DNA of 34,947 nucleotides from Perkinsus olseni (Eukaryota): NCBI GenBank assembly GCA_013115125.1, contig JABANN010000365.1, positions 1 to 34,947 of the forward strand, read 5' to 3'. Shown piece by piece: positions 12,675 to 24,182 of this stretch (position 1 is its first letter; each line of letters starts with the position of its first letter). The notes under the pieces were generated by a model. It saw only the letters and a program-made list of their open reading frames with translations, ran no database searches and was not told where the DNA came from. The position numbers and the translations under genes were made by a program.

Positions 12675-14466
12675 TCAGTTGACCATATCGCTGGGGTCGT
12701 CAGCCGGCCACATCTCCTGCGACTTTGTAATCAGCCGTTTAACGCACTGAATGTACTTCCGCGTCGTCTCATCGTTCAAGATGTGAGCGCACTGGTTCGA
12801 TCCAATCTTATCGTTGGCAGCTCGATCTTGGATACCCCATTGGGTGACTCCCACTGGCCACGGCGCATCACCTGTCACCAGAGTCGCTCATGATGCGGAC
12901 ACTCGACAGGAAAAAGGACCCACCGATGGCCAGAAGCATGTAGAACTCATTGGCTTCCCGGTACTTCTTCATATTGCTGAGCTTCGCAATAGAGTGCAAC
13001 TTCGTTTGGATCTCCTCGTCCAAAGAGCCCGTCTTCAGCCTGCTCAGCAGCGGTTTCAAGTACTGTTTGGTTTGTCGGTATTGGGCTGAGAAGGATGACG
13101 GTGATGTATGTCAGCGGGGGAGGGCGTAGCAGCTCTGGCGGTCCCACCTGTAAAGTTTCGGCCAGCGGCAGTCTGCTTCATCTCGTCTGGACGGGCGCCA
13201 AGCTCGGTCTCCCACGCCTTGAGAACCCTCCTTATCCACCGAATGATCTCGCGATCCTCAGGTTTCAGCGAACCTGAAAGCAGATAGGGCTGAGCCGAGA
13301 ATCGAACCCGGGACCTCGCGCACCCGAAGCGCGAATCATACCACTAGACCACACAGCCGATGAAAACAATGAAGGGAATCTATCGCACCCGCGAAACATG
13401 ATCGATATAAAACCGACCTACCTTCATCCTCCGCTTGAACAGGCGCTTCCACTGCTGGTGCCTCCTCATGCATCACCTGATATCAAAATAACACCACCGA
13501 CACTCAGCCCAACACACCTGCTGGAGGACGTTTGTCTGACCGCACTCATCGTCGTCCTGGGTGGCTCTCGAGGACATCCCAACCAACCTCAAGTACCTAG
13601 CACCACCTTCGACGTCTTGTAAATACTACCACACGTCGCCCACCTCCCCTTGTCAGACTCTCCGAATAGAGTGCAGGGCTCGCCGATAGCGCGCAGTTGC
13701 TCGAACACCTCGTAGAGGTCTTCCTCGTCCATCAACGTCTCATCCGCCCACGAGTCGATATCCTCGATGCTCAACAACCTGAAGGATCAACCTTAGATTC
13801 TCTCCAGGAACAACCGAAACCCCGCCTTATCATCAACTCCATCGCGAGGACCTCACCCGAGTCCGTTGGAGTTTTGATCATCTCCGTTGCCACCATCATG
13901 CTTCCTCTTGGACCGCATCTGCTTCCCATGCTCTATCTCCTTATGCAACTCCGAGATGCGGGCCTGACGCGACACACGTCAAAGCCGTGAGCGGCGACGA
14001 AATGAAGCTATCGCAGTATCAGCCATTGCAAGATGTCTTCTAAACGAGCGATTCCCGGTGCATCGACACGGTCGTAGAGGGCCGATTCTGGTCACCCATA
14101 GACCCTCTAAGAACACGCGAGTTCAACGAGAATAGCGCAGCACTGTCTACCAACTCAACCGAGAGCGCGGGTAAAGCTTCGTTACATACACAGAAATAAA
14201 GGTCAATTTCTGACAAACCTTCACCCAAATTTGCTTTTATTTGGAGTACTTCTATTTTTTCCATACCGTGAAACCCCAACGAGATGACATTCCACGACCC
14301 CAATTCTCCCGTGCACTACAACTCTCTGCATCTCTCGCTCCCTCTCTTTCTCCTTTTCCCTCTCCCTCTCCTCCAAGTACTCCTCCCGTCGCCGCTTCTC
14401 GAGGTCCCCTCGCCGACCGCAGCTCCTACTACCCCCACCAGCTATCATTGCAGCGAGCTCATCCAT
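12675..14466 (-). CDS. PRP18: Pre-mRNA splicing factor 18 (second-step factor) with N-terminal PRP4-like motif; multi-exon
   Basis: LRAIGEPCTLFGESD (PRP4 motif), YLKPLLSRLK...ANEFYMLLAIG|DAPWPVGVT...AHILNDETTRKYIQCVKRLIT (Prp18 domain). Confidence 0.92.
13287..13358 (-). tRNA. tRNA-Pro (anticodon CGG), 72 nt, inside PRP18 intron 13274-13421
   Basis: GGCTGTGTGGTCTAGTGGTATGATTCGCGCTTCGGGTGCGCGAGGTCCCGGGTTCGATTCTCGGCTCAGCCC folds to a full cloverleaf (one T-T mismatch in the acceptor stem); A and B boxes intact. Confidence 0.93.
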
Positions 14467-14587
14467 TTTTTGGGGAGTGCTCAAATGAAGAAAAGATACT
14501 CTACTGCACACAGCGAAGAATACCCACCCGCACTTGAAGCGCAACACAAACTGTTCTAAAATTCTCCGGAATTAGAAACACACGAGA

Positions 14588-15712
14588 TCAGCCAATCGTC
14601 CTCATGCCATTCCCTGCCGGGAGCTCCAGGGCAACCCTATACCGTTCAACGCCACGTCCATGCACCGACTCTAAAAAGCAAAAGCCCAAGGTGGGAATCG
14701 AACCTGGGGTCTCGAGCGTGAAAAACAGTAAGAAATCCGAGCTCCCCTGTTCCGCCATTTCTACCGCTTTGGCCACATGAACATCGGCCGGCCCCTTCCT
14801 TTGAAAGATAACAAAACCATCGGCCGCGTTCAACTCGGACGTACCACACAGACTTCGACAGCTATTAAAAAGATCCACCAGGATTCCGAATCGCTCCGCA
14901 CCTAGAAAGTAACATCGAGGCTTCTCAGTCATAACAATAGCTCCACCCCGGGTTCGAAATTTTCCATCCTAAAGCTTGGACCCGTCACCGGAAGAGCAAG
15001 TTTTGAACTCGGAAAAGCTATTCAAGAGTAGTTCGGAAAAAGAATTTTCACCGTTTTTTATTTTGGTTTATTTTTTTATCGCTAGAAAAATTCCATCCGC
15101 CCTTTTGGTCTCGAAGTACTAGCTAATTCTCAACACCCGGATTTTTTCTGCATATTTTTTTCATCGTAAAAACGCCGAAGAGCCGCCGACCTTCGGGAGT
15201 TTGCGGCAATCCTATCATACCAGTCACTCTTTCAAGTGGTACATGAGAATAGACCTCCGATATCTGAAGAGAAAAATAGCCTTCCCCGGGATCGAACCCG
15301 GGGCCTCACCTCTTTAATCATCCCCAGGGCCCTTCTGTTCTCAATCAACGGCAGCAGCCGCGACTCGACCAGGCCCAGTAGACCTTCGGAGCCCAACAGA
15401 CGACGAGCTTGCTCATCTAACCTCTCGGCAGAATCCCTCGCCTGTAAGAGTCCACCAGATAAAAATTTTCAAAATTTTCCGAGCCGAGAAAAAATTCTTC
15501 GTTAAATTTCCAGTAGACTCCCTCCGTCGTATCCTGACCTGATTATGCCTGTTCCCTTCCGACGCTGATATGCTCATCGTAATCAGCTTCCCAATAACAG
15601 CTTTCACGCCTTCGCTCCGATGGTCCCCTCTAGGGGTGCTGCCACTGAGGTCTGCCGTCTGGTGCCGAGCCAGTTCTACCACTGAAAACGACGCACGGTC
15701 ACAACTCGGCAT
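14588..15712 (-). CDS. Hypothetical multi-exon protein, ends uncertain
   Basis: Open helical segment ARDSAERLDEQARRLLGSEGLLGLVESRLLPLIENRRALGMIKE|ISEVYSHVPLE is joined in frame across GT-AG intron 15264-15309. Confidence 0.45.
14683..14740 (-). pseudogene. Decayed tRNA (Glu-like) 3' part next to a T-rich AG acceptor
   Basis: GGATTTCTTACTGTTTTTCACGCTCGAGACCCCAGGTTCGATTCCCACCTTGGGC followed by TTTTGCTTTTTAG. Confidence 0.55.
15264..15309 (-). other. 46-nt intron consisting essentially of a tRNA T-arm (B box)
   Basis: GTGAGGCCCCGGGTTCGATCCCGGGGAAGGCTATTTTTCTCTTCAG; removal keeps the frame open. Confidence 0.75.
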
Positions 15713-15882
15713 CGCTGGCGACTCGAGTTTCGTGGCGCGCGGTCGAGATATTCCTCCTGTTCAGCGCACGAGTTCTGAAACTCAGAATCGGTCCCAGAAA
15801 TTCCGCGCCGGATTTGCTTTCTACGCGTAAAATGAGGTTCCAGGATCGACCCGGAGTTTCAGAATTGGTTTATTGAGCACCC

Positions 15883-18800
15883 CTATTGCTCTTGTAGGCT
15901 TAGAAAAGCATTCAAATCTTGCTCTCTTGCTGTTCCTCAACGCCCAACTTACACATAGCATCACCGGTCACGTCTTGGCCACCGTCTCCTCTACGACCAC
16001 CAGCGAGCATACCCCCCACATACCTGGGAATTCGAAAACTATCTCGTATTCTACCCTTAGACACTTCCACTCAGGATGGGAGGAAAAAGGTCCAAAATAC
16101 AGAACTCAGGAAAAACCGAATCGAGAGACGACAAGCATAAAAAAAACGGAAAAAAGAGAGCAGAAAAAAGTTCGGCGGAACTAGTAGTTACAAAAGGGCG
16201 GAGCGATCTCTTGGCTTTATGAAAAAACTCACTTTTTCAGATGGCTCGGCACCCCCCTAGGGAAGAGGTTCCCGAGGCCGACAGATGCCGGGGAGCCCAC
16301 AGACCCTCCAAGGTCTATCATACGCAGTACCAGGTACAGATTCAATGCCCGGATGCAGGGTACCTAGGAGAACAATTTCGTGGCGCGTGACACATTACAG
16401 TCTTACCCAAGCGTCTTTGCTATTGCGAGTTGCTTTATCTCCTTTGGTCGGGTCAACTCGCGGCTCGAAGGCTCTCTGAGCAGCGCTGATCGCCATGGGT
16501 ACGTCAGTAGGTGCAAAACTCAGGGCCACCTCGTACCTGACTCGCATGAATGGGAGAGAAAAGAGATAGATTTCAAGCTCCCCTGAGGAGCCTCCCCATG
16601 TCTGCTGACTCATCACACGCCCCGACTCTGAGCGTGTGATGGGCGTAGACCACCAGCACGAATGCCGCTAACAGTAGTGGTAGGAGCAGCACGATGATCG
16701 TGATAATAGCACCATCGTTGATATGCACGCGGTGATATATTTACGATTTTATACTAACGGCGTGAGTTATTTTGCCGGAAGAAAGTGCAGCGAATCTTTG
16801 CCCACATTTTTAATCGTGTTTCGTAGTTCTCGATGGATTCGATTCAATGATAGCACTCCATCGTATCAATATCATACTATAAACACAAGCACTCAACGCC
16901 CAACAACATTGACAGACCAGTCCAACCGGATATCTCTTCGGAGCTGGTGATGCCGAAACGTGCGCGTACATGTGGTGCGGTGCTCTGTCGCGGCTCGACA
17001 AGCATTCCACGTGGTGAGATGCTCACGATGATTTTCCCGGCGATAATTTCTCCAACCGATCGTCTGTAGCCATCAGTGGCAAAGATGCGACCGGCATCAA
17101 ACCAATCTGTGCTACAGGTCCTGCGGTCTCACAGTAGTAAAGTGTATCTAACCGAGAGTGGCATCCCACAAAGGAACCCAAGATCCACAGTGCGACCTCC
17201 CGCCAGATCATGTCATCTATTCCTGGGTTTAACACTAGCTCGATGTAGCCCTGAGCATGGACCCTCTTCAGGTAGTACGACGGGATGCTCGTCATCGTCC
17301 CGTGAAGTGAAACGTGCCGGTATGGTGATTGGTCTGCCACCAATTGACCTTGGTCTTCGCCAACAGCAGCAAAGTGCCAGCGCCCAAGAACTCAGGTAAA
17401 TGTCGATGTTGGTCAGAATAGAGCTTTGAGCCCTATGATAGGGCCCCTATCGGTTGGCGTCCTGTTGGAAACCCAAGCTGGGCTAGTCTCACTCGTAGCC
17501 AGTGATACCAGATTTACCTTCGGATTTGGGTTGGCATAATAAGATGCTTTGTAGAAGTCATGTACATCGTGTGCCCGAGCCGCCTCGTCTATTATCCACC
17601 ATTGGTGCAGCAAATGCTTGGTAGTAGCCGCAATGTCGTCTCCAAGAAACCGTGCGAAGATGCCAGCAACCCACTCCAACAATCTCTGACAGCCTTCGAT
17701 CGGAAAACTCTTTCTCCTCCTTCTTCCCGAAGCATTCGAAAGTCGAAGACGGCCCATTGCTAACCCTCATACTTGGATACTCGGGTCTTCAGATTGTCTA
17801 TCAAGGCCTCCAAAAATGCAAGAATCTGGCACTCTTAGAGTGCCTAGTTTCACCGGGGTCATCCGCTTCAGGGGTCATCCGCTATTACTAATATTATATT
17901 AGTCATATAGCAACACAGATCAGAGGTCAAGGGAGATCAAAACGTCGCTCGAGTCGAGTTGAACTCTCAGTTGAGCGGCTCGACGGAGAGCCCACTCAAT
18001 GACTTTTCGAGGCTCGACTCGAGCCTGAGCTTAGCCGAGTCAGCTACACCGTTTAATGCTGAAAGCAATTTCAAAGACACAAGTATCCGTGCACATCTCG
18101 CGATGCATCGCACACAGAAGAGCAGAAGAACTCGAAACTTTCCGGAAATGGCTGCAGACTCAGCAGCCATTTCTTCTCTGCAAAGCAGCGTATCTTCACG
18201 TACCACCATCTTCTATAACCAGCCTCGGATACTCCTATCCCAAGGGCTGATATATTGGGACTCCGCTCCGCGATCCACCGAGCGAGCGCGAGCTCATCAG
18301 CTCTAACGCAGACCTGCGAAACCTCAAGATGCGCCTCGTACTTTGATTCTAATCCACTAGAAGTCCTCTTACATGCATGACTTCACAGTGAACTGAAGTC
18401 AGAATCGCCGGCAGCTGCTCAGCATACCGCTCCAACACACTCCGCAGGAACGTCGGCACGAGCTCTGCCCGCGGGCTTCCCAGTGAGTGTCTTAATATCG
18501 AGCCGACTATATTCCTGAACGGCCGAGTAGTGAAATGCTCGTCTCACATGCGCGGCACCCAGGTTCGACTCTTGCCTTCTACCTCATTTCCCCAGGTACG
18601 AATTCCAACATCCTCACGTCGGCCTCCCGAGCCAACCATTCCTCCCCTACGGCATGCCACTGCTCTATCCCGCCCTCCCTGTCAATCAACACTGTCTGAT
18701 AGACACCGAACGACCCCGGTTCAACCCCAGGGCCCAGCATTCTCAACTCACTTCGTATGGTCTAATATCAATGCTATCGGTACTGTCATCTGAGCATCGC

Positions 18801-19369
18801 CAACGATTGCACGGAGCAACTCCAACAGCTCCTGTGGTGTCCCGGAAAACTGAAACAACCCAGATCAACAATTCGATCGCCCAACACTCATCGATAAACC
18901 CTAAGGTTCAAGCTCGGCAGCACTACGACAAAGCATTCAAGCCTTGTTTAATATCACTATCCCACGTCCACCTTCACAGGCTCCCTGTCAGCCCTGTCGA
19001 GCAACCGAATACAAATTCTCTAAGCAAAGTGGCTCACAACGAATCTTGTATTCACCCTCAATACATCATCGACCTATCCTACCCCACTCTTCCGTAAAAA
19101 CTCGTCGAATTCTCCTGCATCTGTCGCGCAAAAACCACCAGCCTCGGCCCCGAACCCACCCGCTTGATAATTTCCCTCAACCGCTCGATACTATTAGACA
19201 CTCCCCGCCGGTCCCCAGTGAGCATCTGTAGGTTGGTCTCTCGCAGGCTCTCCGTCCAGGCGGTGAAGTCTGCCGTAGTCGACATTTCCCCCCAAGAGAA
19301 AAGCCTTACCAAATTTTTTCGTTGTAACAATGATAATACGACCGATACATACACACGCATGAATACCAA
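15883..19369 (-). CDS. Hypothetical multi-exon protein (best supported 18050-19369; may continue across a long intron to a stop at 15883)
   Basis: Exons FSGTPQELLELLRAIVGDAQMTVPIALILDHT|KEGGIEQWHAVGEEWLAREADVRMLEFVPGEM|RNIVGSILRHSLGSPRAELVPTFLRSVLE join in frame over GT-AG introns. Confidence 0.5.
17023..17757 (-). pseudogene. Intronless stop-interrupted reading frame, possible decayed mobile-element sequence
   Basis: ORFs 17413-17757 and 17023-17343 are in the same frame, separated by stops; no short introns; no recognisable domain. Confidence 0.3.
18515..18582 (+). pseudogene. Decayed full-length tRNA (Val-CAC-like) filling a 68-nt intron of the - strand gene
   Basis: A-box-like CGGCCGAGTAGT, loop CTCACAT, T-arm CCAGGTTCGACTCTTG; coincides with the GT-AG intron 18582->18515. 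Confidence 0.6.
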
Positions 19370-19664
19370 CTTTTTGTCTACTCCTGACGCGGGGTGGATT
19401 CGCTAACCCATTCCCCTGCATGCAGAGCTGCGGTGAGCAACCCTACGCCCGGAGAGTCCGTCTCCACCCAGACGAAGACCCCCGGTTCAACTTCCAGTGA
19501 CTGCAATTCTAAAACCCAATAAATGATATAGGTACGATGAGCACGTAAGAATGATAGCTAGTCAAAGTCACTCCCAAGACGATCACAATGCACTGAAATC
19601 CATCCGTAAGATAATAGACCAAATCTAACGTAAAATCCCTCAGTATACCAAATGTAACAGAAGA

Positions 19665-19716
19665 AGCATACCATCTCCCCACCGAAAGACCCGGGTTCGA
19701 TCCCGGCAATCGACAC
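19665..19716 (+). pseudogene. Decayed tRNA (Gly-like) 3' half
   Basis: GAAAGACCCGGGTTCGATCCCGGCAATCGACA followed by CTTTT; 5' half does not fold. Confidence 0.6.
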
Positions 19717-19736
19717 TTTAATACTAATTCATATAG

Positions 19737-21540
19737 CTACAACCCTATTATCTCCATTCCTCCTTGCTGCTGCTGTTGCTGCTGCTGCGATCGGGCGACA
19801 GGTGGAGGAGGCGCAGCCAAGATTTGCTGATCTCGGAAGATACCACCGCCGCTCAAGCTCGAAGGCGTATCGTCATCAACCACCAGGAGATCGGTATCAC
19901 CTGAACGGGAAGGAGTATCCAAGGTTGAAGGTAGATGACGCAAAGTGCAAAGATACGCACCCGAGGTTAAACCAAACCGTCCAGTCGCACTCGACGCCGA
20001 TGCCCCAAAGTCAACCGCCGCCGGAATGCATGATATAAGGGACGAGGAAGCCTGGGCCACAGAATCCTCCGGGATCCCCTAAGGAAATGCAAGATTGAGC
20101 AAGATTGCAAGTGGCTCGATTATCTCACATCTAGTCCACCCAAGCTCGTCATCACGCTTCCTCCGCCACAACGCTGGCTCATTGTAGCACTGTACGAGCT
20201 GAGGAGAACCGCCTCGTTGCCGTTGGAGTTGCTGTCGGACTTGTCGACTTCCTATCAAAACACCCAGGTTCGATCCCCGCTCCAGGCAACAAGGGCGAAA
20301 TTTAACCCAATTGATTATTCCTCCGTTAGCCGCAAACTCCGAGCCCAAGATTTCACGAATAAGATTCAAGCAGCCGTTCTCGCGCGTTTCACTGCCACTG
20401 TCGTGGCGCACGACACTCAATGATCGTGTCTATGCTCGCCTTAATGAGTTTCGTCGCCCTTCGGAGTTCACATGGTGCAACCCTTGAGAAGGCCAAGGCA
20501 CTCGAGAAAAAGTATGGAAATTTGCTCAACAGGAAAAAGCTAAAAAAACAAATCTTTTCAGCAAGTCAAGAAGCCAGACTCCGAGTGTGCCGCAGTCGAG
20601 CAGTCGAGTACCGAGCTTCGGAAAACACTCCTTAACCGTCGAAAGCAGTTCGGAGTGGATCGTCCGTTGATGATATCTTTCACTATGTTCCACTCATCAT
20701 CATAATGCCATTATGCGCCGATCGCCTTGTGCATGCGTGCAAGACTGACTCCCCACGAGAGAGCGAACTCAGAAGGAAAGACTTCACGGTCCTCCCCGCC
20801 GTGCGTTGACCACGAGCAACGACGTCTCACCTGATCGTCCCAACCCGCTTCGGGCTGCAAGATTCTCTTGACCATGGGAGCTGCTGGCTGTAACGCAGGC
20901 ATCAACCCAAGATCCTTGTTCAGTATATCAGGACACGGGGACGCGTCGACGATGCTCTCTCCTCCTGCTGCTGCTGACAGCCGGTCAACTGGTCTGACTA
21001 CTGCCGACGCCGCTTCGAGCATCTGAAGGCATTGAGAAAATGCAAGATCAGCAAGATTTCAAGATTAATCCATCACTTCTCTGCAAGTAACAAAAGCGGC
21101 AGATCAAGCCCCAGAGCCTCTACCAAGAGTCGCAGATTCCGAGAGAGCGAACAGTAAAATATCCTAGCCGGGGATCGAACCTGGGACCTCACCTCCTTAA
21201 CAGCCTTCGCCCTTGGATGCTCCACCATCAGCTTCATCATCTCATCATCGTCGAGCACTTCTCCATCGTCGAGTCGCCCCTCCTCTCGAAGCTGGGCCAA
21301 CACTTCCGGGCCTAGCCCGACGCCCGCTGTTTCCGCTGGGGTTCGGTCGTGCTAAAAAATGCAAAATTTCACGCGGCCTCAGCGATCTCGAAGCGCACCG
21401 CGAAGATTACGAATCTCTGGGAGAACAACCTGCGTATCTTAGGTCGAACGTAGTAGGTGACCCTCGAGAAAGATGCGTCCAATGTAATGGGAAATGTAGA
21501 CTTGAATATCCCGGAGTTCTTGAACAAGCAAAGATCTTCT
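19737..21540 (-). CDS. Hypothetical multi-exon protein with C-terminal polyQ; may be the 3' part of the ankyrin gene
   Basis: LAQLREEGRLDDGEVLDDDEMMKLMVEHPRAKAVKE|MLEAASAVVRPVDR... joined over intron 21023-21192; last exon ends QQQQQQQQGGMEIIGL*. Confidence 0.5.
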
Positions 21541-21719
21541 CAAATTTTGCGGCGCGCGAGGAAACTATGCTGATACGATTCTCATGCTCGAGATGATTGT
21601 AATCGACAGTTGAAGTATCTTAGGTCGACCTTGGATATTTATATTCCGAAAGATACTAATTCAAAAAAACCGCACACACGATAGGCAGAGATCTTGCAAT
21701 CTTGCGTAATCTTGCATTT

Positions 21720-23669
21720 CCTACAACATCTCTAGCATATACATCAGCTCCATGCCTCAGAAGAATCTCAATAACATCAATTGCCGCAACCTCTGCCGCG
21801 GCGTGCAAGGGCGTCCGTCCATCAATAGGATTCACCTGATAATGTCGCGCGCCACGAAATTCACCAGCGGCCAATTTTCACGACAATTTCACCTCGTTGA
21901 TCGACGCGCTGTATGACAACAGCAAAGCAACGGTGTCGCTCTGGTTCGTTAATGATGCTACGAAGAGAGGCGTCCAGCCCTTATCACCACCATCATCAGG
22001 ATGGGCACCGTATCTGACGAAAATAAAGATACTATCGACATCACACTATAGTCAGACGCAGGTTAACCTATGAATACAGTAATAAAATATCTTAGCGATT
22101 CCACCCCAGTGCGCAGTATAAAGATTTTGCAAATCTTCGACACGCTAACGAGAGAAACTTGGAAAAACAAGAGCAAGACTTTTTCCACAGTTTTCAACAA
22201 TGGAGTTTCACCCGTGATATGTCAGGTGAAATGTCTCCAATGTCGAGAAAACTGAAGAGCTGTTGCGGGTGGGGATGTAGCATAAAATTCACACGAAAAA
22301 ATATACCGAAACAACTCCCAGGAACAAAGACCGAAATTAACGTCAAAGAACTAATTCTTAAAAGTTTACCAACTTCACGCGCCACGAAATTATTCACTCA
22401 CCTGAGTAGCGTTGCTGCCACTCCCGCGCCGCCTGGCTCTCTGCAGGCGACGAACAACGGGGTCGATCCGTTCCGAGAAATGGCGTCCACGTTGGCGCCT
22501 CGAGTCAGCAGCAGATCGCAGATTGCTGGTTTTCCAACCAGATAGCATGCCTCATGCAGAGGAGTATAACCCGACTGAAGCAAGGGTCAACCTAAGATAC
22601 TTCTCAACGGCTACAGATTGAGTTCGACCCATCGATATTCTCAGTACTGCGAAAATTGCCAAACACGCAACGCTTCGCTCCGCCATTTTCATCATCATAC
22701 TCACCGATCCTTTCGCATTCACATTGCATCCCCTTTCCAGCAGTACCATCACCGTCGACACACTCCCCGACCGAGCCGCCCGCTGCAACAGTGTTCCTAA
22801 AGTTGCCAAAATTTTCCGAATTTTTTCCGTAAAAAATCCGTTTTTCCGGCAAAATTACCTCCATCATGATCCCGACAGCTCCTCACGTCGATGTCACTGG
22901 TTACGATCATCAACCACAAGAGATCCGGCTCCCCACACGCTGCTATGTGGAATGGATCAAGGGACAGGACGTCCAGCTGAAACGGTGGTACAGGGTCCCA
23001 TAGCGTTGAGGAATTGCAAGATTGCAAGATTCACTACAGACTCCCAACCTAAACTTGTGACAAGAGCGACTTCCATACTCCGACTTCGGCATGATTCCAC
23101 ATTCCCGCCGTCGTTTAACCAGGTTAGAAAATATTTCCGAGAATCGCGCGCCCTAAAACATTTTAATTTCCTCAAAATCTCCGCATTTCTACCGACGGGA
23201 TGACTTGAATAGGTAAAAGTGCGTAAATTCGAGTGCGCAGAAAAAAATCCGGAAAAATAATAGGAAAATCGCGTGCTTCTACTGACCTCCATCGCCACTT
23301 TGGAGAGAATCTTTCCAACTCTTTCCGAGTCCAACCTCCAATGAAAGATCTTACTTAACCGTCTAAGTTTGATTAGCACTGATGGCAAGAATGCACAGAG
23401 GGTTTCTAGAACCTGAACAGCAACAGGATGACGACCGTCACTGCGCCTCGAAATTCCCAAAACCTCCGTGAAACGACGTATAACAGGGATCGCCGAAAGA
23501 CTATGCTTCGCGAAGCGACACGTGCCCTATCATCAGACCGAAAGCAGCCCACCTTATCATTGTTGGCAACTTGGCTCAGCCGTAGCGGCTCTCCTGCGAC
23601 CTTGGATTCGGGAGAGGGTGATGCTGTGGCCGTCGTCGTAGAGGCTGAGTTGCCGGTATCAGATGACAT
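21720..23669 (-). CDS. Ankyrin-repeat protein, multi-exon; 3' end unresolved
   Basis: Ankyrin repeats TLLQRAARSGSVSTVMVLLERGCNVNAK, GYTPLHEAC...LLLTRGANVDA, NGSTPLFVAC, GWTPLFVAS, GRTPLHAAAEVAAIDVIEILLRHGADVYARD. Confidence 0.87.
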
Positions 23670-24182
23670 ATCGAGACGCGCCACTACAACCAACCAAAAC
23701 CGTTTGAGAAAAAATCCGCATATCCAACGGCTTCGTCGCAGAAAAAAATTTTTACTACGAGAGGAACATTTCTCAAGACAGAACCAGGCTAACCCTGCTG
23801 AATTCACGATTTCCCCCGAAAATTTCACGGTTCCGGAATCTGACCGCTCTACGCAAGATACTTCTCTGGAGCAGCGTCCACAACAGAGCTGATGAGCTCG
23901 AAGATCTCCCGCCCGGGAGCAGCTTCATTCGCAATCTATTCGCGTTTTCGGTCGAGCCGAAGCGACACCCGCAATTGTAATACTGAACCAAACTACCGTC
24001 ACGCGCCACAAAAATGGCTAATTTCTTACAGGAAACATTATAAAGGAATGCTATATGAAACGTTGCTCAATTGACAGTGCTGAAAGATACCCTTCTAGGA
24101 GGCCAACCATAGGCAGCCCCCATCTAATTTCGTGGCGCAGTGACAAAATCTTATAATCATACAGTAATCAAGAATCTATAAT

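Noticed and set aside
17630-17660. FLGDDI as a polymerase (RT/RdRp) catalytic motif
   Set aside because: No flanking polymerase motifs recognisable.
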